This document shows, one piece after another, positions 12,903-27,308 of a DNA stretch of 64,000 bases (positions are counted from its first letter, which is position 1; each line of letters starts with the position of its first letter). A program made the translations under genes and the position numbers. Source of the stretch: Callorhinchus milii (lineage: Eukaryota); assembly GCF_018977255.1 (NCBI RefSeq), contig NW_024704742.1, positions 36,024,001 to 36,088,000 on the forward strand, read 5' to 3'. The notes under the pieces were generated by a model, which had not been told where the DNA came from, did no database searches, and saw only the letters and a list, made by a program, of their open reading frames with translations.

Positions 12903-13244
12903 TCCTCCGGCTCCGGTCTGCTCCACATCCCCCGCCCCAATCGCCCTACCATCGGTGGTCAGGCCTTCAGCCTCTCAACCCCTAGGCTCTGGAACTCTAT
13001 CCCCCAGTGCCTTCGCCTTGCTTTCTCCCTCTCCTCCTTCAAGGCCGGTCTCAAAACCTTTCTCTTTGACCGTGCCTTCAGCTCCCCTCTCGACTCTCTT
13101 CCCCCTCCTCGCTCCCTCCCTTCCCTCCCCTCACCCTGACCATTTCCCCCCTGCTCGGGTCATGACCCAACTGTGCAGCGCCTTGGGACGTCCTCCTGAC
13201 GTGAAAGGTGCTTTATAAATGGAATCTTGTTGTGGTTGTTGTTG
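12903..13244 (+). mobile_element. 5'-truncated young copy of the same L2 family
   Basis: About 14 substitutions in about 340 nt versus the 3' end of the intact element (hand count); (TTG)n tail; flanking direct repeat TAAAAT at 12897-12902 and 13245-13250. Confidence 0.92.
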
Positions 13245-13759
13245 TAAAATCTCTTGTCATTATTCAGGATCACCCAGAATCGTTCCCATCACGCTCCTCT
13301 GAACCCTGGACAACAAATGATGACAGGGGACCCAAAACTGTATTCAATGATTTATCATATAGTGATTGACGAAAACAGGGATCTTTGGGTTATCTCTTTA
13401 TAATGGGATTCCCCCAACTGATTATTTTTAGTATTTTGTTTTGGTGAGCCAGGTGTCTGATACATACAAAAACATCAGCATTTTCAAGAGTATCCAATCC
13501 AGACTTAAGAGTTTCACATGTGTATGCCATCTACATATAGAAACTTCTCTGTGTCTGAAATGCAATGCACACTCTCTCCCTGGAAGAATGCAACCTGCTT
13601 ATTTAATTCCAGATTATTAGCCGCAGGTTGGCAAGAGCCGAAGGTTGGGAATCCCACAGTGTGCATTAGAGTATTGTTGGAGTTTAAAGTCAGACCACTG
13701 TCTGGCAAGCTTCCTGCTGCTTGTCCAGGCAGGACCACCCTACCCATAGGGCTTTGGCT

Positions 13760-14540
13760 TACAACAACAACAACAGCAACAACTTACATATAGCGGCTTT
13801 CACATTGGGAGCACGTCCCAAGGCGCTGAACAGTGAGAGATTTGGACCCGAGCAGGAGGTTGGGATCAGGAGTGGTGGAGGGCAGGAAGGGTAGGGGGGT
13901 GACCGAAGGCGTGATCAAAGATGAGACATGAGACATACCTTGAAGGAGGCAAGAAAGTGAGCAAGGCGAAGGGACTGTGGGACGGAGTTCCAAAGGGTGT
14001 GGGCAGAGGCTGAAAGCCCAACAGCTGATGATGGAACAGGCCGGGCAAGGGACGTGGAATAGGATGGAGCCTGCTGAGCGGAGGGAGTGGACAGGTTGAC
14101 ATGCAGTAGCAGGTCACAGAGGTAGGAAGGAGCAAGGCCATGGAGGGCTTTGAAGGTGAGGATTTTGAACTCTGTCCTCTGAGGGATGGGGAGCCAGTAG
14201 AGCCAGGCGAGGGTGGGTGTGATGCGTTCACAGAGCCTGGGTGGGAGAGGACATGAGCTGCAGAGTTCTGGATGATCTGCAACTTGTGCCGTGAAGAGTT
14301 GGGAAGGCTGACCAGCAGGGAGTTGGCATAGTGGAGCCTAGATGTGATGAATGTGTGGATGAGAGTTTCGGCAGCCTGAGGGGAGAGGCAGTGATGGAGC
14401 AGGGCGATGTTGCAGAGGTGGGGGAAGGCAGAGCGGGACATGGCACGGATGTGGGGTTGAAGGGACAGTTGAGGGTCAAACAAGACCCCAAGGTTCCAAT
14501 GAGGCTCAGTGCGGTGGAGTGTGTATCCTTGGATTACAGG
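13760..14540 (-). mobile_element. Degenerate L2 3' fragment
   Basis: Translates to FDPQLS...AAETLIHTFITSRLHYANSLL...KLQIIQNSAA; (CAA)n tail at 13760. Confidence 0.88.
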
Positions 14541-15508
14541 GTTAACTGTATACCAGTGAGAAGAATCCTTGCCTCGAGTGACCGACCAGTCTGACCTCCA
14601 AGTCCTGCCAACAAGCCGGGAATCAGCAATGCCCTGCAGTATTGCGGACCTGCTGGCTCAGGAACTGGACTACCAAGACTGCCACAGAGGGTTGATTCAA
14701 TTCAGACATTCAGATGCCAAGCAAGTCTCCAACTTCAATGAGACCTTATTTACCTGCCCCCTCCCGACCTCCAAGGAAAGCCTCAGCACCATGGGACATC
14801 CTCCCGATGTGAAAGATGCTATGAATGTAAATTTACTTTTTATTGTGTAGAGATTTTGCAGACACAATTGAGGAAAAATGTATCATGTGATATTATCGTT
14901 GTTGATGATAATCACACCGACCAAAATTAGATCAACTGCTGTCAAGTCACAATTGCCTTCAGGCGAAGAGGGAACCAACCCAGAGGCCAATGATAACTAT
15001 TGACTTCTTTTAATTATAATCCTTCATATTTACCCCAATATTCCGACTGTAATCGAGTGATCTACAAAAAGTAGAAACGATCTGTTCTCAGTTACTGCTT
15101 TATATCATTGGGATGCTTCCCATTCTTCATTGATAACATTGCACTAACCAATTTAGCTGAATAGACAAATATTGTACAGAAGCAATCTGCTACAAGTCCT
15201 CAGTGTCACAAGTATTGGTAATTTAAGGAAGTTTGTGTGATAAATTCTTACAGATTGAATTTTTTTCTCTTTACTAAAATACCAACAGCAAATGAATGCC
15301 ACACGAGAGCATTAGCTGACCTGTCTCCAGGCCTTCCGGGTGCCTGACATCTGTCTGGATACAAATGCAGCTGACGGGATAAAAACGTAGCGAGCTTACG
15401 TAGCTCAGACAAGTTTAACAAATGATGCTGCACAGTTTTAATGAGAGTCTACCACGGTGATTGATCTGTACTGTAAGTATTAAATCTCAATTTATGAGGA
15501 ATACTCAC

Positions 15509-15611
15509 ATATAATTGCCATCAGGGAATTGAAGTTGCCGATGTTAAAGCACTCCCGAGCCACATCTATGAAATATTCTATTACTCGCGCTCTGTGCTTC
15601 TTCTTCACGGG
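15509..15611 (-). CDS. RASGEF1B: RASGEF1B coding exon 7
   Basis: cag|PVKKKHRARVIEYFIDVARECFNIGNFNSLMAII+T|gtgagt; 103 nt; CDC25 GNFNSL motif. Confidence 0.95.
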
Positions 15612-15766
15612 CTGTGAGTGACAGATGAGAAAATTGGACTTTAGGTGAAACACTACCTTTCACTAAAGGGAACTGACAACTGAAATGCATAATAATGAGG
15701 CACAATTATTATTTCATCCACAGAGAGCCCATTCTAGCATGAGGAAGAGATAAAAAGCTGACTCAC

Positions 15767-15862
15767 CATACAGATCTCTGTTGCCACTAAATAACTGAGT
15801 CTGTTAAACCACTCCACATATGCTTCCAGGTTGCTTGTCTTTTTCAAGTCACTGAAGCAGGT
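15767..15862 (-). CDS. RASGEF1B: RASGEF1B coding exon 6
   Basis: cag|TCFSDLKKTSNLEAYVEWFNRLSYLVATEICM|gtgagt; 96 nt. Confidence 0.95.
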
Positions 15863-16414
15863 CTGTAAAGGTAAAAAAAAAGGGGAGAATCTTGATTCCG
15901 CATGAAAAATAGATTTAAATCCTTAAATTTGGTATAGCGGGATCTTCCATCGCAGAAATTAGAAATGTCAGGAAACCGAGCAGAAATGATCCCCGTGGAC
16001 ACTGTGCTGAGAGAAAAGAGGATTTGTCACTGGCAGACATGACCTGTAATAAGTGCGGTACTGAGGCTGACAATTCACAAATGGTTTATGGTCATCTAAG
16101 TAGAGAGTTGGCTCTGGTGAGCTCTGTTTCTAACCCTTGTAATTATTTTTCATCTTGAAAAAAGATGAATGTCTTTGAAACTGAGCTACACAAATTGAAA
16201 ATGTCCCCTGTTTCATCCCACGCCAGTTCTGACTTAGCTGATCTCAGCCAAGGGCATTTGCCTCAACAGCCTTTGTTTATGTTAGAGAAAAGATAGCTAT
16301 TCTGTTAGCCATTGGTGATAAGTGCACTTGTGTAAGTATCAGAAGAGAACATAGTTTGGTTAAGACTTAGCTGTGATGACAAGGTGGTTGAACAACTTGA
16401 CAACTAATAATCAT

Positions 16415-16705
16415 AAAAATCCTTAAATTTGGTATAGCGCCTTATCATGTCAGAAAAGTGTCTCAAAGCTCTTCGCAGGATTTATGGTGAGATGAAGTGA
16501 CTGTATATCTGCAGGCAAACGTGGCAGTACAGTTGCACATAGCAATGGCCCACAAACAGTCATGAAACGAGTGACCAATTTTACTTGGGGATTGTTGACC
16601 AGAACACTGGGAGAAACTTCCTTTTCTTTTCGAATAGTGCCATGGGTTCTTTATTGCCCATCTGAACAGGTAGACAGGACCTCGGTTAATGACTCATCTG
16701 ACAGA
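16415..16705 (-). mobile_element. Older Deu-type SINE fragment
   Basis: Tail, Deu-like segment and GAATAGTGCCATGGG body. Confidence 0.65.
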
Positions 16706-18449
16706 CTTCAAGCACATTGGAACCCAACTCAAGCTATATGCTCAAAGTAGCTGCCCTTTTTCAATTTCTTTGTGGTACAATGATCCTGAAATTGAGCAAT
16801 GACCTATTGAAGTGTGTTGTGTTGCAAAAGCAAATTAGGGGTCATCTTGACTTCATCTGATCAACATTGTCCAGCACAGCCAGATGAATGAAACCAAACC
16901 TTTGTTTTGTTGGTACAGTTTCAAATATACCTTTCTGCATTGCTTCTGACTCAAGCTCAGTTCTCTCTCTCTCGCTCTTTTTCTTTCTGGCTCTCCAGCT
17001 GTACCCAATGGCAAAATCAAATGCATTGCTAACCAGTTCAATGATGTGCAATGCTATAATGAATAGGTTTCTTGCTAACTTGTAAATTAAGATGTCACTG
17101 ACTTCAACTCAAAGCACTTATTTGATTTCCATGGGCTTGCTCGGGTGTATGTAGACAGGAGCTAATTACAACAGTGCTTCCTGTATCTGTTGCTTACTCT
17201 GGTTACAGTATGGCATATGGGTTCCCTTACTGCCCACTAATCTAATTCTCTGCCTCAATAAAACTACTTTCGTTTCACTCAACCATGTTCAGGACCCCAT
17301 CCAGACTCAGATAGAAAAGTGGATGCCAGGCTCTGGCCCTCAAGGTTCAGGCGATGGGGCCACGAGAATCCCTATAACAGCAGAAATCTGTGAGAGACTT
17401 TTAGGGGTTGAATTTACTAGTCTTTGCAGATGGACAAAACCATCATGTAAATACATTTCTACACCCACTCCTAATTGATGTGGGCAATTAAAGGAGCCAC
17501 TTGATCCTACAGGAGAGGCCTGGCAATGACTGGAATATTTGTCAACATAAACTTCCCACATTACCACTTCTGATCAACTGTGGCATAAAGCAGCCAAACC
17601 TCAATAGGTTCCAGTCAAAGCCTGCTACACACGCAATTTCCAAAATTAGATTTTTATTTGGCTGGGGAGGCATTGTCATTTTCTTTTTCAAAGGAAAGAA
17701 GCCTGTTGCATGGTATATTTCTCAGCACCCCCTCTAAGTTAGGTAAGAGAAAAGTCAACCAGGGTAATCCACTGTGGAGGGATATCATCGTCAACAGTAA
17801 GAGGTCAGGGCTAAACACTGCCGATGTGGGGATGGATTACTATTCTGGAGGCTTTGTTCCAACAGCTTTAGGATTCACAACATATCTCTCATGTGAAGCA
17901 CTTTGAGACATCACAAATGACGTGATAAGGTGCTATATTAAATGCAAGGATTATTATTATTATTTCCCCGGGAGATAAGAGTGGGCAGGGTGAAATCCTG
18001 TTTGGGGCAGGTTTTGCGTGACTGTGGAACGAGCAGGGCTTGATGGGCTGAATGATTTTTTCATAGATTTCACCCCAGTCACTCCACCTGCTGGGAAAAT
18101 TTCTGCATATATACTCAATAATCCCCAAAAGATAATAGTCACCCATTCCTACGCCTCCAAGATCAAAACATGGCCTTCTCACTAGAGACAAGTTGACCAA
18201 CCTAGCTCAGGACATTGGAGTGTTTGTTCATCTCTATCCGCACTTATTGCTAAATCCTCCAATATTATTCCCAAGCAGATACTTGTCCAGCTCTTTATTG
18301 AAGGAGGTAATCAACGGAGTATGGATTGCCTTAGTTGGGAATCTGTTCACGTACAGCACAACTCTCAGTTAAAAGGTTTTCACAATTTATAAATACGGCT
18401 CACAGAGATCTGTTGTTCTGATCTCACTCTCATTGAACAGATCCAGTTT

Positions 18450-18834
18450 ATAATAATAATAATCCTTGCATTTGATATAGCACCTTATCACGTCTTCGAA
18501 ACATCTCAAACACTTCACAGAATATACTGTAAAGTGAAATGACTCTATATTTTGTGCCCAAAACACAACAGCCAATTGCGCACTGTACAGTTAGACTAAG
18601 ACTAGTGGATTGAGTGACCAAATTATTATTGTTAGATTTTTGTATTTATTTATTTCAAGGGATAAATAAAAGCGATCCGCCAATCGACTAACAAACGGGT
18701 TCCTACTTACTGCTAGGTAACCAGAGGGTGAGGAGTAAGGAAATTTGCCCAACGTTTTGGCCTGCCTGGGAATTCAAAATCAGGTCCCCTCGCTTGCGAG
18801 GCGAGTGCTCTAACCACTGCGCTACAGGACTCCA
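18450..18834 (-). mobile_element. SINE, long variant
   Basis: Reverse-complement copy carrying the extra central segment. Confidence 0.85.
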
Positions 18835-20771
18835 GTTTAGAGTTCCTCTCTTCTTTTGCTTCAATCACATAGCACTGGCAGAAGCACTCACTGCCCTGCA
18901 TTTAGCTTCCACCGTTCATCACTCAAATTGAGGATTTTGTGACTATCCAGTCCTGCAATTTCTTTTGCAGTACTCCGCAACTGATGCTATTTTGGATGGA
19001 TTTCTGCTCCTCTTTAATCATAGCCAGAGAGCAATGCAGTAAAGAGCCTTTGGCACAGCACATGAGAGGTATCTGCAGACCACACTACGTATTCTATAAT
19101 TCTCTGCCGTTGACCACAATTAGAAATGAACATAGCGGTTTGCGAGCACACACTGCTAGGCAAAGCCTGATCCTTCCAAATCACAACCAGCTGCTAAAAT
19201 TCAATAAGAAGGTGCCAATGAAACAGCTCAGTGTGAGACAATAAGAGAACTCACAAAATTATCCACGCCTTGGTTTTTTTGCACATACTACGTGCAGAAA
19301 CTTGTTTCAAAATAACAAAACAACCGTTTTCTTTCACTGACTTCTTCTCTTGGGTCACGGGAAGAAAAAATTATTCTTTCCACCCGTTTTGCTGTCGATA
19401 TTCGCACAATGTGAAAATGAGAGAACCAATAGTTGCTGATGCACAATACATTGAATGTAAATATGCCTACATTAACAGAAGATCATTCTGATCTGCCTTT
19501 CTGGGGATTTTGCCTGGTTTGTATGTACATGTAACTAAGAGCACACAATTATCAAATGGTGCCATCTACATGTCATGTGAGATTAGTGTTTTCATTGTGA
19601 GTTGTACTCAGCGCCGGTTGTATTTGATCTTATTCCATGTGCTTTCCTCAAGCAATAGAGAGACTGAAAACATCATGGTCGGCCATAGTAATCATGACTA
19701 CTAAATAGTCATTTAGTAATGATTATTACTAAAATCAAAAATAAACCAAAGGCAATTTTCAGAGTAAGGTGGGCTCCCCAGGGCCACTGGAAGACACAAC
19801 CAGTGTTTCTGCAAAATCAGCAGGTTTGATTCTGTGGTCTGTTTACAACACTTGAAAGGTGGCAAAACACAGAAGGGTTTTGAATTTCACAATTCATTCA
19901 GTTTACAGGTGGTTGAATTGCAACTTCTTCTACAGAGGCAGACATGCCTCCCCTGGCAAACTGTAATGAAAAGAGATCCAATATCACAGTGCCAAGCATC
20001 CCCACTAGGAGTTGGATCACCCATCACCACAGTCTCATAATGAAAAAGGCCGGTCCAAGAGGACATCATGAATAGGACATTACGATGTTTCACGTATGTG
20101 CACAAATGGTGCGATGATATGAGACCCATTCCGAATACATAAAAACTTTACAAGTTTTATTTTCCTGTTCAGTGCTACCGAAATAAAGATAGTGGCAAAG
20201 GGAGAGAAGGCTGATCGAATCCAGGAATCCCGTGGCCTCCGCTGGTTTTATTTCAGAAGAGGCAATTGGGAAACAAATTAAATTGATAAAGGCTTTGTGC
20301 GTTTGCAGTGAGTCTTACATCATCGTATCACCTGGATGATGAATTCACACATGAAAAGCAGGGAAGGATGGTCAAATCAGACTATTCACTTCACCACTGC
20401 TGTCCAAGCTGTAGAATCCATTTTATAAAATTTATATAATTGAGGAATTCTATCCTCCCTGTACACGAGGATACCACATCTTTCTCTCATTTACTTTATC
20501 TACAAGTTATGTTCGCATTAAATAATTCCTCATGCGTGCAGCATTTGAAAACCCATCAAAAATGCACTAAAAATATCCATATTGGAAAATGGCACAATTG
20601 TTCCAAAGATCTTTTTTTTTAAAAATGGATGAGGCCCGCAGTGCAGAAAAGCTGGGATGCAAAACAAATTATTCACGCCCCAGGCTCCATGGATCACTAG
20701 AAAGTAACCAGAGAAATGAGAACAGTGGGGATCTAAGCGACTGAAGATACCGTTGTTCAGACAGACAGTAC

Positions 20772-20846
20772 CTTGTTGTTGTCCAAAGGGTCTTTGTGTG
20801 CGAATGCCTGCACAAATTCCTCAGGTCCAATATGACTGAGCCGTTC
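20772..20846 (-). CDS. RASGEF1B: RASGEF1B coding exon 5
   Basis: cag|ERLSHIGPEEFVQAFAHKDPLDNNK|gtactg; 75 nt; not in the ORF track. Confidence 0.94.
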
Positions 20847-21017
20847 CTGGAGGAATAAGCAAAGTGTCAACAATACGTCCTTAGTTTATATGTGCAGGAA
20901 ATGCCACAACCGTGCCCACATACACAGCTCCATGGTATCCATATAATATTAAAACCCACAAAAAGTCAGCACTAGAAGGTGCATCAACAAGAGTTTTCAC
21001 TTTCACACAAAAATAAT

Positions 21018-21330
21018 AAATAATACTTGCATTTTATAGAGCGTCGTATCATGCCGTCGGGACTAATCAAAGCTCTCGGAATTTTACAGTGCAGTGACTG
21101 TTTAATCGGTACACAAATCTGGCAGCCAATTTGTGCATAATAGTGTCCCACAAACAGCAATGAATTGAGTGACCAATTTTATCTGCGGGATTATTGGCCA
21201 GGATACCAGGAAAAGCTCCCTTCTCTTTTTGAATACAGCAATGGGATCTTTCACGTCCACCTAAACCGGCAGATGGGACCTCGGTGTATCATCTCATCCT
21301 AAGAGTGGCACCTCTAATGCAGCACACAAT
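21018..21330 (-). mobile_element. Older Deu-type SINE fragment
   Basis: GGCAGCCAATTTG, ATGGGATCTTTCACGTCCACCT. Confidence 0.7.
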
Positions 21331-23552
21331 GCAGAAAGGAAGTGAGGTTTTAGAAGAAGTACCAGAGGACATGAGACATTGTGGGGCATAGGGAGTGAAG
21401 AACGAGCAACAACCCAGAATTGGAGGTGTTGTAAATAGTTACAATAGTAAATAGGGATTATAGTATAAGAATCATTAGTATTGATCATGTAATGAATAGA
21501 TGAATTAAGTAGAATAAATTAAAGGAATAAAAACTGCCATGTGACACACACACACCCACAGTCCTAGTAAAGAGACACCGAGCTAGGCAGGAGTACACTG
21601 GAATGCGACCCATGGCCAGGAAAGATAAGGATAACTAGAGTGGAAGGTACAGACAGGAGAACCTGGTTGGAGGAGAGTGCAGAGGTAGGGCTGGGTAAGA
21701 CAGTGAAAGATTTAAAGGTCAAGAACAAGGACCTTAAAGCTGATCTCCTGAAGTACTGTAAGCTGATGGAGCCTCGCAAGAATGCTAGGGAGACCAGTAA
21801 AGAGAGCATGGGAGAAGTCTAATCTTGAGGTGTTGATGAAATATTAATAAGAATAGGATGAAAAATGTAATATTGTGGGGGTTCAGTGGGATAAATTAGT
21901 GTCCCTGTGTTACAGTCGGAACCTGATCTGCAAGGAGACAGTTTGCTGATCCTCAAACTGTACAATTTTCACACTTATTGACCTGGAAATGGGAAAAGTA
22001 GCACAGTCCATTGCTACTGATTGTGTTTCTTATACGCAACTCTATTCCTTTACATCAACACAACCTCTACAAGAATCCCCACTCCGCTCCATTCGCTGCA
22101 GTATATTTAACACAACTTCCCAGGGTTAGATCGATAATTAAATCATTCGGAGAAACAGACTCAGTAAGTTTGAACGGATTAGACTCAATGTTCAAAAGAA
22201 GCTTGATAGACATCCAGCTGTGGAGCCAAAACACAAAAAAGACCTTGAGTGAGGTAACAGAGAGAGAATGGAAAGGAAAGAGCGAGGAAGTACAGATATA
22301 TCAGATAAGCAACAAATTATAATCACTAATAAGATAAATGTCAGGGAGAAAAGTAAAAGCAGGAGAATAAAAAAAATCAAAAATAAGATGTGGTGAGGGA
22401 AGCTACTATTTTTCTGTAGAAAAATCCTGTGTTTTGGAAGACTCTGAATTATGTCTGAACTCTGAAACAACAGAAATTATGCTTTTCCTGTCCACATAAA
22501 GATTGTGACAAAAGTGAGCTGCTTTGGATCTGGTCCATGTCAAGGATTATTGTCACATCTGTACCCCAGGTGATAGCTTGTGCTGTTTCACGGGTCAATG
22601 CACCAAAAACAGCAGGTGAAACCAGCAACAGCAGGCCAAGAAAGATTTCCACTAAAAACAGCAGGTCTTCAAAAGCATCTTCACACTAATCCATAGCACA
22701 CAGTTACACTGTCATTCCACCTTCAACTGGTGGCTGTGATGGACTTTTGTTTGCTTGCCCAAACCCTTGGTCTGTCTCATTCGACAACAATCTTCCCAGA
22801 CCTAAGGGAGAAGATGGAACCAAACAGCTGTTCCCGATTACCTCTTCTCCATGTAATAACTCTCTATTCCTGCTATAGTTATTTTAAAAACAATTTCCAT
22901 TGAAATGAATCGTGCGTATACCAAGCAAGGCAATAGAACTCGATAAGAAGCACAGTAATAATGTGATAATAGGCCATAAAGCATTGTGTAAGTTATGAAT
23001 AGTAATGCTAGTGCATTCCTTCAGCACTGCTGCAGGGCAAATATATAATCAAATTGAACTCACAGGATAAGTAGGCAGCTGAGACAGCAGTCTACTGGGG
23101 GACATCTGCATTGGGTTTAGGAAATGATACTGAATCAAGAATCTTTGTATTCCTAGTTGCAGATTTACAAAATGCCTCTACCTTAACAAAGAGATATTTC
23201 AAAGATGTGGTAAGGAGCTGTATCAAATGCAAGGATTATTATTATTATTATTATAAGAGAGCTCCGCCGTTCTACAATCCTGGCATTACAGAGGCCAAAG
23301 GAGATAGTCAATGTGGCCCTTCCTGCCTTAACGCTGCAATTAAATTCTTTCCGATTGAGAAAATATACTGCTTGCAGGAACTCGTCCAACCAATTACTAA
23401 AACAAGTTCTTGATGTATCCTTATAAAAGGTGTCAATCTGGTTCAGCTGGCAGCATTCTCACCTCTGAGACAGAAGGTTGTGTGTTTAAGTCCTATGTTA
23501 GCACAATGCTGGAGGAGTGCTGCATTGTTATAGGTGTTTCCTCCAGGTGAAA

Positions 23553-23900
23553 TATCTCAAGTGCTTCACAGGATTTACTGTAAAGTATAGTGACTGCATA
23601 AGGTGTAGGTTAAAACGGCCACCAATTTGCACATAACAATGTTCCACAAACAGACATGAAGTGAATGACTGATGTTATCTGGGAGTTTGTTAAGTCAATG
23701 ACACCATGACAAACATCCTTCTCTTTTAGAGTAGTGCCACGGGACCTTTAACATCCACCTGAACAGGCAGTATCTCAATTTAAAGTCTCATCTGAAGGGC
23801 AGCACCTCTGACAATGCAGCGTTCCCCAAAGAACGTTAGCCAAGACAGTGAGTTCAAAGTCCCGATGTGGTGTTCGAACCTCCGACCTTCTGACTCAGAT
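23553..23900 (-). mobile_element. Older Deu-type SINE (a plus-strand head fragment adjoins at about 23436-23545)
   Basis: Body and head CCTTCTGACTCAGA recognisable. Confidence 0.7.
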
Positions 23901-24158
23901 ACATTCACCCTAAAACATTAAACAGTCATTTTTAAGCATGACAAAATATTTATAATTGCTTCCTACAAAGGCTTAGGAGATGCCATAAAATCATCCCTCA
24001 ACACAAACCACATAAGAATAGGGAATAGAGGTTTTCACTTAAAAAAAGGTGAAAAACACAACCATAACCAAAGAAAAACAACAAAAAGAAAAAAAAAGCA
24101 CCTCGATGCACTCTGGTACATTGTAAGATATTATAGTAATAATGCATAAAACACTCAC

Positions 24159-24371
24159 TAGTTCTATATGAGTTAGCTGCTGGGCTAAAGTATAAGGATC
24201 ACTGCAGATGGTGACTACATCCCTCTGAATGGACTGGGGTTTGGTCTTTAGGACGGTCAATCTATCGGTGACAGATGCGTTTAATTTTGACAGAACGTCT
24301 TCGTACTGGTTAAGGGTGGTGAGCTTCCGAATCAGACTCTGCGTCATTTGATGCATAGTTTTCCGATGCAA
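24159..24371 (-). CDS. RASGEF1B: RASGEF1B coding exon 4
   Basis: tttcag|LHRKTMHQMTQSLIRKL...DPYTLAQQLTHIEL|gtgagt; 213 nt. Confidence 0.95.
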
Positions 24372-25478
24372 CTGAAAGAAAAGAAGTATATTGATAAAAA
24401 CATCTCATGATAAATAGAATCACTGAGTGAACGTGCCATGTATATACTAAAGTGACCAATACTTTATAACTGCAGGAGATCAGGTTATTGGATCCAGCTA
24501 CATGAAACATATTGATAAATTCAAGCTTCCTGGCACTGGCAACGATGTAGCACAGGTACACAAGATGGGATACACCCTGGATGAACACCCTGCTAACCTC
24601 CAGGGGCTCTACTTTAATCCAATCTGCTTCAGGAGCAGAGTCGCAATTATCAGCAGAAATTGTAATGTGGATGTTTGTCCCACATTTTAGCCATTGGAAG
24701 ACATCCCAAGGCATTGCAGTTTCAGCACCTTAGGACGTCCTCCTGACGTGAAAGGCACTATACAAATATAATTTGTTGTTGTTTGTTGTTGTTGAGTACT
24801 CATAAAATTGGACTACCCCCAAGTTTTCAATGCTCCACTCTAGAGCTAAAAAGAATGTACGTAGACAGCTTGTGCTTACAAAATACATTGTGTTGTTGAA
24901 TACAATTTATATTGCACTTTTCATGTTGGGAGGATATAGCTCGGAAATTTTGCTGTGTCAAGCGTCGAAGCCCTTCTCACAGCAAAATTTCAGAGAGCAG
25001 TATAAATTTGTCTGATATTAAGAAGTTAAGAGTTTCAAACAAACGAGCAGCAGTTTCCCATTTCTCGGCATCAACTCAAACATGATAAAGGTCATGGTTA
25101 TTAACGTGTAAGAATTTGTTATCACCTGAGAGTATTGTTAAAATCTGTTTGAAATGCTACTCTGTTATTTTTGGATTCCTTTCCTTTCTGTGAGCCAATC
25201 TAATCCTGCATTGTGAATGCCCAGCCATCTGCTTGCACCAGTGGGCCAGCTAAGAAGTAATAAAGCTCTTCGCACCCTACGGAGAGCGGGTTAGAATAAT
25301 CATCTCCACCAGGGACCAAATCTTTACAACAGCACGTGATCTGCCACTGTAATGCTATGCTAGTTCACTTCAGTAAGTCTCTATTACTTGGCTTATACTA
25401 CAAATGGAACCATCCAGCCCAATTCTTTTTTAAAATCAAACTGAATCACAATTGACTGCACACGCGCAAAAGCCAATG

Positions 25479-25830
25479 TAATAATAATAATCCTTGCATT
25501 TGATATAGTGTCTATGTCTTCTAGACGTCTCAAAGCGCTTCACAGTAAATACTCTAAAGTGAACTGACTGTATATTTTGTGTGGAGGAAAGTGGGAGCAG
25601 TGTCCCACAAACAGTCATGGATTGAGCAACCAATTTATTATTATTTTTTTAGAAGGAATTATGAGCCCTGGAAAGCAATCACCAGTACACTAACAACTGG
25701 GTCACTATTTACTGCTAGGTAAACAGAGGCGTGTGGAGTAAGGAAACTTGCCCAATGTTTCACCCTGCCTGGGAATTGAACCCCCGGGTCTCTTGCTTGT
25801 GAGCCAAATGCTCTAACCACTGAGCTACAG
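25479..25830 (-). mobile_element. SINE, long-type variant
   Basis: Reverse-complement copy with GCCTCTGTTTACCTAGCAGTAA. Confidence 0.85.
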
Positions 25831-26639
25831 TATAATAATGTAACAAGAATTTTCTCACTCAACCAAGACTTTTGGGACATGTAACTCTTGACAGTGATGG
25901 GTATAGACAATGCAACATGTGACTGACTGCCTGCAGGAACCAGCTGCTTTCAAAAGGAATCACAGATTTGTTTGCTTTGCCTTAATAGCAAGCCTCAGCT
26001 TCAGTGCGTCACTTTCATAATAACAGTGGGATAAAATAACAGGGTTGCAAACAACTGTGTAAAACTACTAACTGGGTAAACAGATGTGTGCTTCTATTTC
26101 TGGTTTATTTTCCAAGTCTCACCATTTGCAGCTGAAAGAGGTCAACACAGATAAAGTCTGTGCTACATCAATTATAATAAGATTAAGCTCCTAGAGAAAC
26201 AAAGGCCATTGTTCACAACGTGCCCACTGTACGGAAAGCAGCAAATGCAAGTTACTATTGTTGACAGATAAATAAAAGGGTCAGGATCCAGTTGGCTTTC
26301 ACCATTCAATGCTGCTCTGTTCAGCGTGAAAGGAACCACTTGGAGGATAATATAATTCAGTTAAAACACTGGATAAAATGACAAGATAAAAACCAAACCT
26401 GACCCAAACTTGTGGTAAGCTCATAATGTTGTTAGTTGGTAGATCAATGTTGATAATCAGCAACACAGCCCTTAGGTCTCAAGTACTGAAATGTTATAAA
26501 TAGCCTTCAATATTGGAACAGATTTTATTGTGCTCTATTCATCTCAGTATTATTTATGAAAATAGTCCAGAACTACAAATTTGTTCAGAATAAACAACTA
26601 ATTACAGACACGTTATTGACCTATTTTTAGGTCATTTCT

Positions 26640-26692
26640 GTAATAATTCATAATTACATTCATAATTACATAATTACATTCATAATCATAAT
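26640..26692. repeat. Short imperfect CATAATTA(CATT) tandem repeat
   Basis: Direct reading. Confidence 0.8.
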
Positions 26693-26996
26693 ATGACTCT
26701 GTTGCTGTCGTCGTCTCTATTTTCTTCACATTTCTGCTGAAGTTAATTTCCCATCCTGGTATATAGTTCCAGAGGCACTACAGATTTTCTGTGCCTGGCT
26801 CAAGGGGCAATTCTTCATGTATAAGCCTGGACTAGCAATACTAAAAGTGACTTGTTTGGGGTTATTGTCAGGAATGCTACCACATAGAGTGATGAGACTG
26901 TATGTATGCAAGACATCCCACAAATGATTCAATTGTTCCACCAAGAGGCTAGGCATTTCCCAAAGGAAGAAGCAAAACAAGGACTGAGCTATATGT

Positions 26997-27308
26997 GGAG
27001 TCCTGTAGTTCAGTGGTTAGAGCACTGGCTTTGCAAGCGAGAGAACTGGGTTCAATTCCAGTCAGGAAGAAACCTTGGGCAAGTTTCCTTACTCCATATG
27101 CCTGATAATAATCCCTCCAAAAAAAATAATAAATTGGTCATTTTCAATCCATGACTGTTTGTGGGACACTGCTGTGCACAATTGGCTGCCGCGTTTCGCC
27201 CACAAATATACGGTCAATTCACTTTACAATCTATTCTGTGAAGCGCTTTGAGATGTCAAGAAGACGTGAAAAGCGCTATATCAAATGCAAGGATTATTAT
27301 TATTATTA
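26997..27308 (+). mobile_element. Young SINE, short variant
   Basis: Full head-to-tail copy. Confidence 0.9.
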
